Positions 51,025-64,000 of a stretch of 64,000 nt of DNA are shown here, piece by piece. The notes under the pieces are model-generated. The model saw only the letters and a program-made list of their open reading frames with translations. It did not search any database and was not told the origin of the DNA. A program made the position numbers and the translations under genes. This DNA comes from Mobula hypostoma (taxonomy: Eukaryota), in contig NC_086097.1 in assembly GCF_963921235.1 (NCBI RefSeq), forward strand, positions 52,888,001-52,952,000. Direction: 5' to 3'. Numbering within the stretch: position 1 is the first letter of the stretch; every line of letters begins with the position of its first letter.

Positions 51025-53330
51025 ATAAAACACAGGAGCAGAATTAGGCCATTTGGCCCATTGAGTCTGATCTGCCATTTCATCATGACTGATGTACTTC
51101 CCCCTCAGCCCCAATCTCCTCCCTTCTCCCAGTATCCTTTCTTACCCTGACTAATAAAGAATCCTTGAGCCTCTGCCTTAAATATACCCAATGACCTGGA
51201 CTCTACAGCCACCTGTGTCAATGAATTCAATAGATTCACCACTCTGGCTAAATAAATACCTCATCTCCATTATAAATTGATGTACCCCTATTCTGAGGCT
51301 GTGTCCCCTGGTCTTAGAGTTCCCCACCATCGGAAGCATTCTCTCCACATCCACTCTATCTAGGCCTTCCAACATTTGATAGGTTTCAATGAGATCTCTT
51401 TCCCCCATCCCCATTCTTCTGAATTCCAGTGAGTACAGACCCAGAGCCTTCAAACACTCCTTGTGTGATGAGCCTTTCCATTCTGAAATCATTTTCCTGA
51501 ACATCCTTTGAACCATGAACAATGTCAGCACATCCTTTCTTAGATAAAAGACCTATACCTGCTCTCAGTTCTCCAACTGAGGCCTCAGCAGTGTCTTAAA
51601 TGCTCAACATTACACCCTTGCTTTTAATTTCTAGTCCTCTCAATGAATGCTAATATTGTATTTGCCTTACTCATCACTGACTCAACCTGTAAATTAACCT
51701 TTAGGGAATTCTGCACCTCAGATTTTTTTAAATTTTCTCTCCATTTAGAAAATAGTCTTTTTATTTCTATCAAAATACATGACCATACACTTCCCGACAC
51801 TGTATTCCATCTGCCACTTGTTTGTCCATTCTCCTAATCTGTCCAAGTTCTTCTGCAGCCTCTCTGCTTTCTCAACACTAACTGACCCTCCAACTATCTT
51901 CTTATCGTTCACAAACTTGGCCACAAAACCGTCAATTCCATCATCCAAATCATTGACATGTAATATAAAAGAATCAGTTGCAATACAGACTCCTGAGAAA
52001 CACCACTAGTCACCGGCAGCCAACCAGAAAAGGCTGTCCTTTATTTCCACTCTTTGCCTCCTGCCAATCAGCCAACGCTAGTATCTTTCCTGTAGTACCA
52101 CAGGTTTTTAACTTGTTAAGCAAATCTCATGTGTGGCTTCTTGTCAAAGGCCTTCTGAAAATCCAAGTTCACAACATCCACCAATTCTCCTTTGTCTATC
52201 CTGCTTGTTATTTCTTCAAAGAATTCCAACAGATTTGTCAGGCAAGATTTTCCCTTAAGGAAACCATGCTGACTTTGGGTGTTTTATCATGTGCCTCCAA
52301 ATACCCTGAAACCACATCCTTAACAATTGACTTGCACATATTCCCAACCACTGAGATCAGACTAACAGGCCTATCATTTCCTTTCTTCTGCCCCTCTCCC
52401 TTCCTGGACAATAGAGTGACATTTCCAATTTTCTAGTTCTCCAGAACCATTCCAGAATTGATTCTTGAAAGATCATTACTAATGCATCCACAGACTCTTC
52501 GGCCAGTTCTTTCAGAACCTTGGGGTGTACACCATTTGGTCCAGGTGGTATATTTACCTTCAGACCTTTCAGTTTCCCAAGCACCTACTCCCAGTAATGG
52601 CAACATCACTCACTTCTGCCCCCTGACACTGTCATACTGCTAGTGTCTTCTACACTGCGGACTGATGCAAAAAACTCATTCAGTTCATCTGCCATGTCAT
52701 TGTCCCCCATTACTCCCTCTCCAGCATCATTTTTCAGTGGTTCAGTACCTTAGATTAGTTTTTTTTTAAAGCATCCCATGGTTTTGCCATCCTAGCTTGA
52801 GAATACTATACTTCGGGATGTATCTATCCTGCACCTTCTGAATTGCTCCCAGAAAATCCAGCCATTGCTGCTCTGCTGTCATCCCTGCTAGTGTCCCCTT
52901 CCAATCAATTTTAGCAAGCTGTCCTTTCATGCCCCTGTAATTCCCTTTACTCCACTGTAATACAGATACATCTGACTTGCTTGCTAGGTCCATTTCATGT
53001 CCTCCCTTTGCCCTTCTGATTTCCCTCACAGGTTTATTCTTGTCCTTTTTACAGTCATGGTGGATTTATGTCGCTTTTTTTCTGATCAGATCTCAATATC
53101 CATTGTCATGAAAGGTCCCCTAAACTTGTCAAGTTTACCCTTCACCCTAACAGGATTGTGCTGCCCCTGGATTCCTGATATCACGCAAGTTCCAACTTTC
53201 CATTCTTACCCCTTCTTTCAGACAAGCTCATTTACTTCTGCTAGATCCGGCCTAATTCCTCCAAAACTAATCCCTCTCCAGTTTAGGGTGCAAACTTGCA
53301 GACCTGTCCCATCCTTTTCCACCACTATCT
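51025..53330 (-). mobile_element. Degenerate CR1 LINE fragments (composite)
   Basis: GPNGVHPKVLKE, FVAKFVND and GLYSLEFRR motifs; CR1 3' end near 51030. Confidence 0.85.
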
Positions 53331-53659
53331 TAAAAAAAAAAAATAGAATTAGTTACTAGAGCCAAGAAATCACTCAATTTCTTGCCCAGCCTCATTCCCT
53401 GGAGGGGATCAATATTGTACCCTCCATAGCGGTTGAAATTTAAAGTATTAAGGTCTGATTTGTTAAATGGGAAAATGATCACTTGTACACAACAGAACAA
53501 TTTTTAAGTGTTGCTTTTAAACTGTCTTATCTAATGCTTGTACAGAACATGGCAGGATTGTGCAAATTTTCATTTTTAGTAAAATTGCTTTTGATAATTG
53601 TACAGCTTCTCCCGTAGCTTTTTATGCTATTGAACCTGTTGCATTGATGTCTCTTACAG

Positions 53660-53784
53660 GGATCAGGAGGAATGATAAACAGTCACAGTTTCAGTTCCAG
53701 GGCATATTTTTTTGATAATCCAAGGCGGTATGATAGTGATGATGATTTAAGTCGAAGTAGTGGCTCAAGAGGAGAGCGAGGAAG
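53660..53784 (+). CDS. GPR137C: GPR137C exon 6
   Basis: ttacag|[41 protein letters not shown]|gtacgt. 125 nt, ending in phase 2. Confidence 0.93.
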
Positions 53785-54149
53785 GTACGTAAAATTTAAG
53801 AGTGAAATCTTCAAATCCTGAAAATGTGGCTTTTTTTAATCTTAGAAGCATTCCTGAAGAGTGGTCATTGCAATTCTTCAAAAACATTTTATTGTTACAA
53901 AATTTCCCTTTCTGGAAAGGTAGAAATGCACTTTAGCATGCTGGCGCTTATGACCAGGAATAATTAACATTGTTTTCCAGTAGTTTTCGTACTCCAGTTT
54001 TATTGGTTCTGAAATGTACTGGATATATACGGCTGTGAAACACAAAAACCTAGTTCTCCATTTCTTCAGAAGTCTTTGACAAGAACAAAGTTAAACAATT
54101 TTGAACAGGCTCTTATTAACATTAACAGATTGTTATTGACATTAGTTTA

Positions 54150-56872
54150 ATACATAGAACAGTACAGCACAGTACAGGCCCTTCAGCCCACAATGTTGTG
54201 CCGACCCTCAAACCCTGCCTCCCATATAAGCCCCCAACCTCAATTCCTCCATATACCTGTCCAGTAGTCTCTTAAACTTTACTAGTCTATCTGCCTCCAC
54301 CACTGACTCAGGCAGTGCATTCCACGCACCAACCACTTTCTGAGTAAAAAACCTTCCTCTAATATCCCCCTTGAACTTCCCACCCCTTACCTTAAAGCCA
54401 TGTCCTCTTGTGTTGAGCAGTGGTGCCCTGGGAAAGAGGCACTGGCTATCCACTCCATCTATTCCTCTTATTACCTTGTACACCTCTATCATGTCTCCTC
54501 TCATCCTCCTCCTCTCCAAAGAGTAAAGCCCTAGCTCCCTTAATCTCTGATCATAATGCATACTCTCTAAACCAGGCAGCATCCTGGTAAATCTCCTCTG
54601 TACCCTTTCCAATGCTTCCACATCCTTCCTATAGTGAGGCGACCAGAACTGGACACAGTACTCCAAGTGTGGCCTAACTAGAGTTTTATAGAGCTGCATC
54701 ATTACATCGCGACTCTTAAACTCTATCCCTCGACTTATGAAAACTAACACCCCAAAAGCTCTGCCTTGGAGTTTGTCCTTCCAAAGTGTACCACCTCACA
54801 CTTCTCAGGGTTGAACTCCATCTGCCACTTCTCAGCCCACTTCTGCATCCTATCAATGTCTCCCTGCATCTTCGACAATCCTCTACACTATCTACAACAC
54901 CACCAACCTTTGTGTCGTCTGCAAACTTGCCAACCCACCCTTCTATCCCAACATCCAGGTCGTTAATAAAAATCACGAAAAGTAGAGATCCCAGAACAGA
55001 TCCTTGTAGGACACCACTAGTCACAATCCTCCAATCTGAATGTACTCCCTCCACCACAACCCTCTGCCTTCTGCAGGCAAGCCAATTCTGAATCCACCTG
55101 GCCAAACTTCCCTGGATCCCATGCCTTCTGACTTTCTGAATAAGCCTACCGTGTGGAACCTTGTCAAATGCCTTACTAAAAGCCATGTAGATCACATCCA
55201 CTGCACTACCCTCATCTATATGCCTGGTCACCTCCTCAAAGAACTCTATCAGGCTTGTTAAACATGATCTGCCCTTCACAAAGCCAGGCTGACTGTCCCT
55301 GATCAGACCATGATTCACTAAATGCACAGAGATCCTATCTCTAAGAATCTTTTCCAACAGCTTTCCCACCACAGGCGTAAGGCTCACTGGTCTATAATTA
55401 CCCGGACTATCGCTACTACCTTTTTTGAACAAGGGAACAACATTCGCCTCCCTCCAATCCTCCGGTACCATTCCCGTGGACAACGAGGACATAAAGATCC
55501 TAGCCTGAGGCTCAGCAATCTCTTCCCTTGCTTCGTGGAGCAGCCTGGGGAATATTCCGTCAGGCCCCGGGGATTTAACCGTCCTAATGTATTTTAACAA
55601 CTCCAACACCTCCTCTCCCTTAATATCAACATGCTTCAGAATATCAACCTCACTCATATTGTCCTCACTGTCATCAAGTTCCCTCTCATTGGTGAATACC
55701 AAAGAGAAGTATTCATTGAGGACCTCGCTCACTTCCACAGCCTCCAGGCACATCTTCCCACCTTTATCTCTAATCGGTCCTACCTTCACTTCTGTCATCC
55801 TTTTTTTTTTTCTTCACATAATTGAAGAATGCCTTGGGGTTTTCCTTTACCCTACTCGCCAAGGCCTTCTCATGCCCCCTTCTTGCTCTTCTCAGCCCCT
55901 TCTTAAGCTCCTTTCTTGCTTCCCTATATTCCTCAAAAGACCCATCTGATCCCTGCTTCCTAAATCTCATGTATGCTGCCTTCTTCCACCTGACTAGATT
56001 TTCCACCTCACTTGTCACCCATGGTTCCTTCACCCTACCATTCTTTATCTTCCTCACTGGGACAAATTTATCCCTAACCTCCTGCAAGAGATCTTTAAAC
56101 ATCGACCACATGTCCATAGTACATTTCCTTGCAAAAACATCATCCCAATTCACACCCGTAAGTTCTAGCCTTATAGCCTCATAATTTGCCCTTCCCCAGT
56201 TAAAAATTTTCCTGTCCTCTCTGATTCTGTCCTTTTCCATGATAATGCTAAAGGCCAGGGAGCGGTGGTCACTGTCCCCCAGCTGCTCACCCACTGGGAG
56301 ATCTGTGACCTGACCCGGTTCATTACCTAGTACTAGATCTAGTATGGCATTCCCCCTAGTTGGCCTGTCCACATACTGTGACAGGAATCCGTCCTGGACA
56401 CACTTAACAAACTCTGCCCCATCTAAACCCTTGGAACTAATCAGGTGCCAATCAATATTAGGGAAGTTAAAGTCACCCATGATAACAACCCTGTTATTTT
56501 TGCACCTTTCCAAAATCTGCCTCCCAATCTGCTCCTCTGTATCTCTTCTGCTACCAGCTACCAGGGAGCCTATAGACTACCCCCAGTAGAGTAACTGCTC
56601 CCTTCCTGTTCCGGACTTCCACCCATACTGACTCAAAAGAGGATCCTGCTACATTACCCACCCTTTCTGTAGCTGTAATAGTATCCCTGACCAGTAATGC
56701 CACCCCTCCTCCCCTCCCCCCCATCCCTTTTAAAGCACTGAAATCCAGGAATATTGAGAATCCATTCCTGCCCTGGTGCCAGCCAAGTCTCTGTAATGGC
56801 CACTACATCATAATTCCATGTATGTATCCAAGCTCTCAGTTCATCACCTTTGTTCCTGATGCTTCTTGCATT
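54150..56872 (-). mobile_element. Younger CR1 LINE ORF2 (endonuclease plus RT), few frameshifts and internal deletions
   Basis: NARSIRNK...VAITETWL, MGDFN, NYRPVSLT, QGSVLG and KFADD motifs across four long ORFs. Confidence 0.95.
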
Positions 56873-58214
56873 CTTCATTAAATATTTGCAGTTCTCTGTA
56901 TATCAATATTCAAAGTAACTCCAGACAGTGTAAATAAACCTGACCTCTAAACTTCAGTTCAGCGACACAATGTTTGACTTGACATCTATAGAATAAAAAT
57001 TGAGACTATAGGTCTAAAATTACACATTCATTCTGCTTTCTGTTACTGACCAGTAATGAACGAATAACCATGAGATGATCTTAAAGGAAAATCTCCAATT
57101 GTGAGCATCCAGGGAGATCAGCACAATATCAAAATGAAATTTTGTATTCCAAGATTTTGTACCAGAATATGAAAGGCCGCACTAGTAACAAATGACACTT
57201 ACAAAGGACCATTGTAAATCTTCAATAAAATTCAGGCCAATTAATACTTGCAAGAGTTACTGAAATGCAACTTAATGGGGAAAAATAAAATGCTACTAAG
57301 AAACTAAAACAAATGCACTTTCAGGCCTGGAATCCAATGTTACACTTCTTGAGGATATCAAATCTATTATGAGCAAAATAAATGTGTAGTAGTTAAAGAA
57401 CATTTATGTAGCAAATTAATTCACTATGCATCTTCTTCCTGATGATTTTAAGTTGGATCTGTGTACCTTGGCAATTGATATCAAGGGGCAAGTGGCCTTT
57501 GTCCTCTGTCAAACTGCATATTGAGAGAAACAATTTGGAAAGAGAGAAGACAAATGGGTCTTCATGATGGTCTACCATGTTCAAGTGAAGTCCCTTGTTC
57601 ACTCTTGATGTAGCATTGTGGACAGAAGCAAATTAACATACCTGATATTCCTAATACTGCCTAGGATAGATGTCAAAAGAGTTGGTATTACTGTTTATCA
57701 TTAAGCACTCATCTGAGGAACATAATATTATTATATTTGTGATCTAGTTGTGTTGATGGATAGGTGGAAAAACAGTATCAGACACTTCGTTCAAATATTA
57801 ACTTGCATTTTGCATCTAGTTTGTACTGCAAAAGTTGCTGCCTTGTGCGATTAAATCATTTTCTTCCCACAGTGGTTGCGATGAACGCAGCAGCCTACTG
57901 GTGCTTCAGTTTGACACTGGTATCTGTTCATCTCAGATGGTGACAGATGAGCTGCAATGAGTAAGGCAGAAAGTGCTTCCTGCAGTAGGATTAGTCATGC
58001 TTTGCAGCTATATACAGTAAAAAGCTAGATAAAGGTGGGCAAGAGCAGAGGACCAAGAGCTTGGAAGTAAAATGCTCAAACTGACACATTACTACTATGG
58101 CCAGAGTTGTCTTCAAATTCATTCTTGCTTTGCATTCAGTTATCCTGTAGACATGCCCTTGTGTTCCCTTCTGAGAGTTTTCTGTACCAACACTCACCCC
58201 ACCCAACCCCAGCA

Positions 58215-59345
58215 ATAGAGTCATAGTCATAGAAAAGTACAGCACAGAAACTAGCCCTTGGCCCATCTAGACTGTGCCGAACCATTTAAACTGTCTACTC
58301 CCATCAATCTGTGCAGGGACCAGAGCACTCCATGCCCCGACCATTGTACCTATCCAAAGTTCTCTTAAACATTGAAATTGAGCTTGCATCTACCACTTGT
58401 GCTAGCAGCTTGTTCCACACCGTCCAGACTCTGAGTGAAGAAGTTTCCCCTCGTGTTCCCCTTAAACTTTTCACCTTTCACTGTTACCCCATGACCTCTA
58501 GTTGTACTCCCACTCAACCTCAATGGGGGGTAAAATAAAGTTTGCTTGCATTTACCCTATCTATACCCTTCATAATTTTGTCCACCTGTATCAAATCTCC
58601 TCTATTCTTTGGAACATAGAAGACTTAAAGCCCTAAATTATTCAATCTTTCCTTATAACTTGAGTCCTCTAGACCTGGCAACATACTTGTAAATTTTCTC
58701 TGTACTCTTTCACCCTTGTTTACTTCTTTCCTGTAGGTAGCTGACCAAAACTGAACACACTACTCCAAGTTTGACCTCACCAATGTCTTGTACAACTTCA
58801 ACACAACATCCCATGTTCTGTACTCGTACTTTAATTTATGAAGGCCAATGTGCCAAAAGCTTTCTTTACGACCATACCTACCTGTGACATCACTTTAAAT
58901 GAATTATGAATGGACCAGTATTCCCAGATGCCTTTGTTCTACCACACTCCTCAGTGCCCTACTCCTCACTCTGTGAGACCTACCCTGGTTGTTCCTACCA
59001 AAGTGCAACACCCCGCCCTTGTCTATATTAAATTCCAGCTGCCATTTTTCAACCCATTTTTCCAGCTGATCCAGATCCCTCTGCAAGCCACATTAGTCTT
59101 CCTTGCTGTTCAGTAGATCCCCAGTCTCTCATCTGCAAATTTGCTGATCCAGTTAACCATCCATAGCATTGATTGATTATAGATGAGAAGCAATAACAGA
59201 CCTAGCATTGATTCCTGCGGCACACCACTAGTCATAGTCCTCCAGTCAGAGTGGCAACCATCTACTATCACTCTCTGGCTTCTCCCACGAAGCCAATGTC
59301 TAATCCAGTTTACAACCTCATCTTGAATGCCAAGCAACTGAACCA
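58215..59345 (-). mobile_element. Degenerate CR1 LINE 3' portion
   Basis: SGVPQES, SKFAD and QRDLDQLEKWVEKWQLEFN motifs. Confidence 0.85.
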
Positions 59346-60882
59346 ACTGTGCTTACTGTCGCATTATCCCTGGATCTCCACTTATCTGTCACGTCATGAA
59401 ATTTTTTTTTTTTTTTTGGAGGCCCATTTTGTAAGGAAAAATCAAATCCTTTATGCTAAATATAAGATAACCTGGAGATGAAAGTACATGAACAAATGTT
59501 ACCATAATTAACTAGTCACATATCTAGATTATATTTATTAAATCTCCTGTTAAATCTGACCACAGGACTGGAGCAAGATTTAAATTGTCTTCAGTTAATG
59601 ATCTTTGAATGGATTTATTGCTGAATGATCTGATTTATTTTCCCAATGCAGTCAATACAGAACAAAACTGTATTTGCTACAACTGTTTCCTATTTCCAAG
59701 TACATTCAATTTTCAGTTGTGCTGTACTCTTAAGCTTAAACTTGTAGCAAGATAAAACATTTGAATGTTTTACTATTATATGAAAAATGAAGCTAGTTAA
59801 TACTACACTTGAATTTCCAGCACTTGTTGACGATCAGCAATTTTGTTTAAGAAATGATATTTTAAGTTCCTCCATAATAAATAGGATAATCCAAACAAGT
59901 CACTTAAAAAAAGTAGTCCATTGGAATATCAGCAAATCTGAAATGTTTCACTCACCCAGTGTCTCTAAACTACAAAAGGTGTATTTATTAGAATCTCTTC
60001 TATATGAAGCCCAGATGGAGATGAGATTTCAATTTTGAAGATAAAATGTTGCACCCTCCGGCCCCTTCACACTCATTCTTTTAACAGGGGGATCTGTTGA
60101 TTGTCTTTCCTTTAAGAGGGAGAGTAGACAATTACCATTTTTCCAGATCTTTGTTGTGCATGAGTTCAAAAATGTGCCTTAGGTCAAACCTGTCTGTAAT
60201 GCCTTTGTAACTTAAGCATTAACTCTCGGATATAATATCATTAGGAAAGTAAATACTTTGGAATCACTTAAAAACACTAAATTTGGAGCAATAGATGGCA
60301 TTGGAAAAGATTCCATAGTATGTAATCAGAAAATTGAGGTCTTTGTTTTTGCAACATGAATTGAGACGGCAGTTTGTATTTATTTCATTTTACTTTTAGG
60401 AAGTTGTGGTTCCCCACTTCCCCAGCACTTATTGTCATGCTACATTAATAACAATAAGAACAGCAAATTGAGTCTAGAGCTCTACCTCACTGATGTCCAA
60501 ACAACATTGTGATCTAACACTGTTTTCTCTTATCACCTCTTGACCATCACAACAAGATGCTGCAGGAATACATGGTTTCATCCTGTGATTTTCCCAGCCT
60601 ATGCTTCTAAACTCGTGTTCAAACTTGCTGGAAGATATTTTTCCTCCCCACACGCAAAAGGGAGCTTTTCTCTTTTTCTACTACATTCCCATCTTCAAGC
60701 TAAAGTATCCAGAAAATAAATAATTGTAACAATACAGGCGAATGCTTGGAGCGGGTCAGCTATCTGGCTGCCAAAGTAATTTGGGGAAAGAATAGAAAAG
60801 ATAAAAATGTTAAAAATACTACCATTAAAATTGTTCTTTTTAATTAGACTAAAAATCCCTTTCCTTTTTTTTTCCTTTAAAG

Positions 60883-61084
60883 CATCCTATCCACAACACC
60901 ACAAGGCACTGGTTGGTATGGAGCAACCCATAGGAATAGCAATTACACTGTAGTCTCTCACTTGCTGAACGGACCTCCAGCAGCTACAACACCACTGCTC
61001 TTCGCTTATGGTAATATCCAAAATAATCACCACCATAACTATTACTCAACGCCACAAAACTATTACTTGACACCCCAGAACTAG
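60883..61084 (+). CDS. GPR137C: GPR137C exon 7 (terminal coding exon)
   Basis: Polypyrimidine tract, then aag|(S)ILSTTPQGTGWYGA...HLLNGPPAATTPLLFAYGN...HHHNYYSTPQNYYLTPQN*. This resembles the human GPR137C tail (HLNGP...PLLF...YVTPQN), and the phase matches exon 6. Confidence 0.92.
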
Positions 61085-63000
61085 TATGAATCTGCAGTTA
61101 GTTTTGTGGAAATGCTTGCACATCAGTTTGCATGGACTGACCTCTTGTGTCAGTACGAAAGAAATGCTGTCTGAATTCAATTTCTGGCATTGAGCGAAAG
61201 ATCTTTGGAATTTCAGAGCTGCATCAATGACCATCAGCATACAAATGACCTGCACCATTGCAGCTTGCTTTGAGTATAGTAGGTTAGACTGTGTATTGCA
61301 CTTTTTAGCCTGCACTTGCAATCTGAACCGAGTATTGGAATGATATCATTCTGGCTTTATTAATATCTACATATCTTGAGGGCTTTTTGGATTAATCTGG
61401 GCCAGGCAGATGCAATTATTCCTAATATGATCAATATGAACTTGGTTTTAATGTATCTATTAAGTGAGTTAACTTTCAATCAGCTATTTTAAACTAACCA
61501 AGACAGGCAGTTTAAAATGCATTAATGCTGTGATGCATGTATTTAAGGTATTCTTAAGACTTGGCAATTTCATTTGGACTTGTACAGTTTTGCCATGGTA
61601 ATACAGTATTAATGAGTTGGTTATATATATATATATATATCCAACTTCTACATTTAATGAGTTTTGCTTAAGTGACCAACTATGTAATATGATATAATAT
61701 TTCAGTATTTACCATTTTGAAATCTTACAGAATGGGCTTGAGTTGTCTGACAAATAAACCTGGCAACTGTCAATGTGTTAATATTTCTATCTATAGCCTA
61801 AATTTGTTAGCATTACCTTAAACTATTTTGATATAGTCAAGTTGCATGTTTATTTTAGTGAAGTCAAATCTCATTACCCACATGGTAATTTGATTATCTG
61901 GAGTTTCTTTGTTCTTGAGGGCTAGTTTCTTCACACAAAGAAGAAATGCTTCTAGGCTCTGTGATGTAATTCCAAACATGTAATAACATGCACATCAGCA
62001 TGTTTTGTACACATTTGAACTTTGAGAGATGACCAGATATTTAAGTATACTACACAATTATTGTAGGGCACAGATTAAAATAGACTTTTCAAAGTTTGCA
62101 CACTTCTTGACTTTGTTAAAATAGTGCAGCTTAAATGTTAGTAAATGTAAATTATTGGTTATTAAACTTTCTGGATGTGCTGTATTTTTGTATGTAGTCA
62201 CTGTTGGAAGCTGCACAATATATGTATGTATGTCTCAGGTCTTCAATGAAAAACTTCAGCAACAATAAGATAAATCTATTAAATGGTCTTTTAAATCTGC
62301 ACTTGAGTACTGAATTTGCACAATGTTCATCTTCAATCCTGCTATGTTTTTAAAAGCTTTCCAGCATGAGATTCAATTATTTCTAATGTAATGTACCTGG
62401 GCCAAAATTTTGTGGTTGTCAGTTTCAGGATTTAATTTAAATGTTATAGGTAACGGTCACTTAATATGGCCAAAAATATTTTGCCCATATTTTGCCCTAT
62501 TTGGTGCATCAAGGATGACGTTTAGCAGTTTGTTTACATACAGAATGTACTTGATAGGTGTCATTTTAAATGGGTGATGCCTCAGTGTATATATAGTATT
62601 GTTCTTTTTGGAGTAAGGCAGGATAGATCAAGGAGCAGGATAATAACAAAAAATCAGCAATAGCTTCATAATTCATTTTTGTATCTGTTAATTTTGTGCT
62701 ATATTCTAAACAACCATTTGGTACATAAATTTGATTTTAAAATGTGCCCTACAGTACCATGTAAATTGTAAGATCTAGTCTTTTGGAAAATGGGTATACA
62801 TGTTTGTCATTATACATGAATATATTTGTTTCTGTGTGGAAAAAGTACTAATTCCTGAATTGCATTTATCATCCTAATTTTTAGTATGATTAAAACATTG
62901 GAGAGCATCGTAGACAGATGGTCTTCTGAAGAAACTATTCAAAACATTGTGTTCTGTTTCTCTAAGTTATCCCATGTTCTAGGTTGAATTGGGTGTGTTC
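61085..63000 (+). other. GPR137C: Probable GPR137C 3' UTR (end not determinable)
   Basis: Transposon-poor AU-rich sequence after the stop codon; AATAAA at 61753. Confidence 0.5.
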
Positions 63001-64000
63001 AAGGGAGATGAGGGCCATAGATAAGGATTATCACATTGTTAATGGAAAAATAACTAGGTCATGCAAGATGCTCTAAGATTTGTATCATTCCATCAGGAAA
63101 AATTAATTTAGTGATTTAATTTTAATACCTGTTGATGTTCAGCAGCCATTTGTATCTTGCAGACTTGCATCTCTACTTTATCGTCAACAAAGCCTCTAGA
63201 ATTTAAATCTACTGCATATGTAAATATTATCAAGATTAAACTGATGTAGAAGTAGAGTATCTTAGGAATGTTGATCCTATATGTGCACAATATTGAAACT
63301 AAAATTTGAATCATTCAGCATAAATTAATTTAAAACTTTGCTGAATACTAATCTTAGACATTAAAATTGTTTATTACTGCTCAAATTCATGTAGTCTTTC
63401 ACTGCAGCATGCTTAATGAACCAAGAGCTTATTCTATTTTCCATCCAGTCCATGAGTGAATTATCTAACTGGCAATCCATCAGAGGATCAAATACTTAAT
63501 CTCATTGCTGCATGAAGTGTTCTTCCATGAACCAGGATATGAACAAGCAAACAAATGTTACCCTCTTTGGCTTGATCTGTGATTTGTAATTGATCAGCTT
63601 AGCTCTAGCTTTGTTGTCTAAATGATCATGTCACAAGGTCAAGCTCTCCAATTGGAACCCGATAAACTGTGATTTTTATCTTCATTTCTGACATTAGAAC
63701 AAACAACATAATGACCATTTCAACACAGAATGATGCACTTTCTTTATTGAAAATATTTGTAAATTATTTTTCAGTAACACTTCAAAATTGAATGATTTGT
63801 AATGCTTCAATCTACAAAGTTTTGTCTGTGTAGCACTATTGAAAGGTATTGTACTGTTAATAATTTAACTGTAAATTTACCACTTCTGTTAATTGTGAAG
63901 CTATACTTGAGGCTTTGTTTTATTGTGACCAATGAATGTAATGAACTTACTATTAAAAAAAGTTGTAACAAGCACTTCCATATTTAAATAAATGTTTTAT

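Noticed and set aside
60390..60450. Acceptor-like tttacttttag upstream of exon 7
   Set aside because: It gives only a short unremarkable peptide with no homology support.
63137..63225. Minus-strand exon-like segment (DLNSRGFVDDKVEMQVCKIQMAAEHQQ|gtatta)
   Set aside because: The splice signals are weak, the peptide is not recognisable and there are no partner exons.

Overview
Eukaryotic, repeat-rich vertebrate DNA. The repeat content (CR1, Rex-Babar-like, L1, Penelope-like, V-SINE-like) suggests a cartilaginous fish, which is an inference. The window holds a complete 7-exon GPR137C gene on the + strand (11726-61084, 422 aa by my splice reconstruction). It is head-to-head with TXNDC16 on the - strand, of which two coding exons are visible (2690-2534 and 1035-953), and the two share a short GC/CpG-rich bidirectional promoter at about 11480-11700. 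Most of the ORF track is transposon debris. The most notable non-gene system is a Penelope-like retroelement family (RT plus GIY-YIG endonuclease) whose terminal repeat carries a minimal hammerhead ribozyme motif (AGTC-CTGAnGA-A-GGGT-CTCG-GCCy-GAAAC-GTC^GACT). It occurs as ORF-bearing copies, as palindromic mini-elements, and as a tandem two-ribozyme 293-nt cassette that resembles a retrozyme. Other findings are a four-level nested insertion, a 2.16-kb tandem duplication with a chimeric Penelope junction, a hAT-type MITE inside a Gypsy pol, and a candidate alternative GPR137C exon encoding a dileucine motif. Gene identities come from remembered similarity to the human proteins and synteny; no database search was run.
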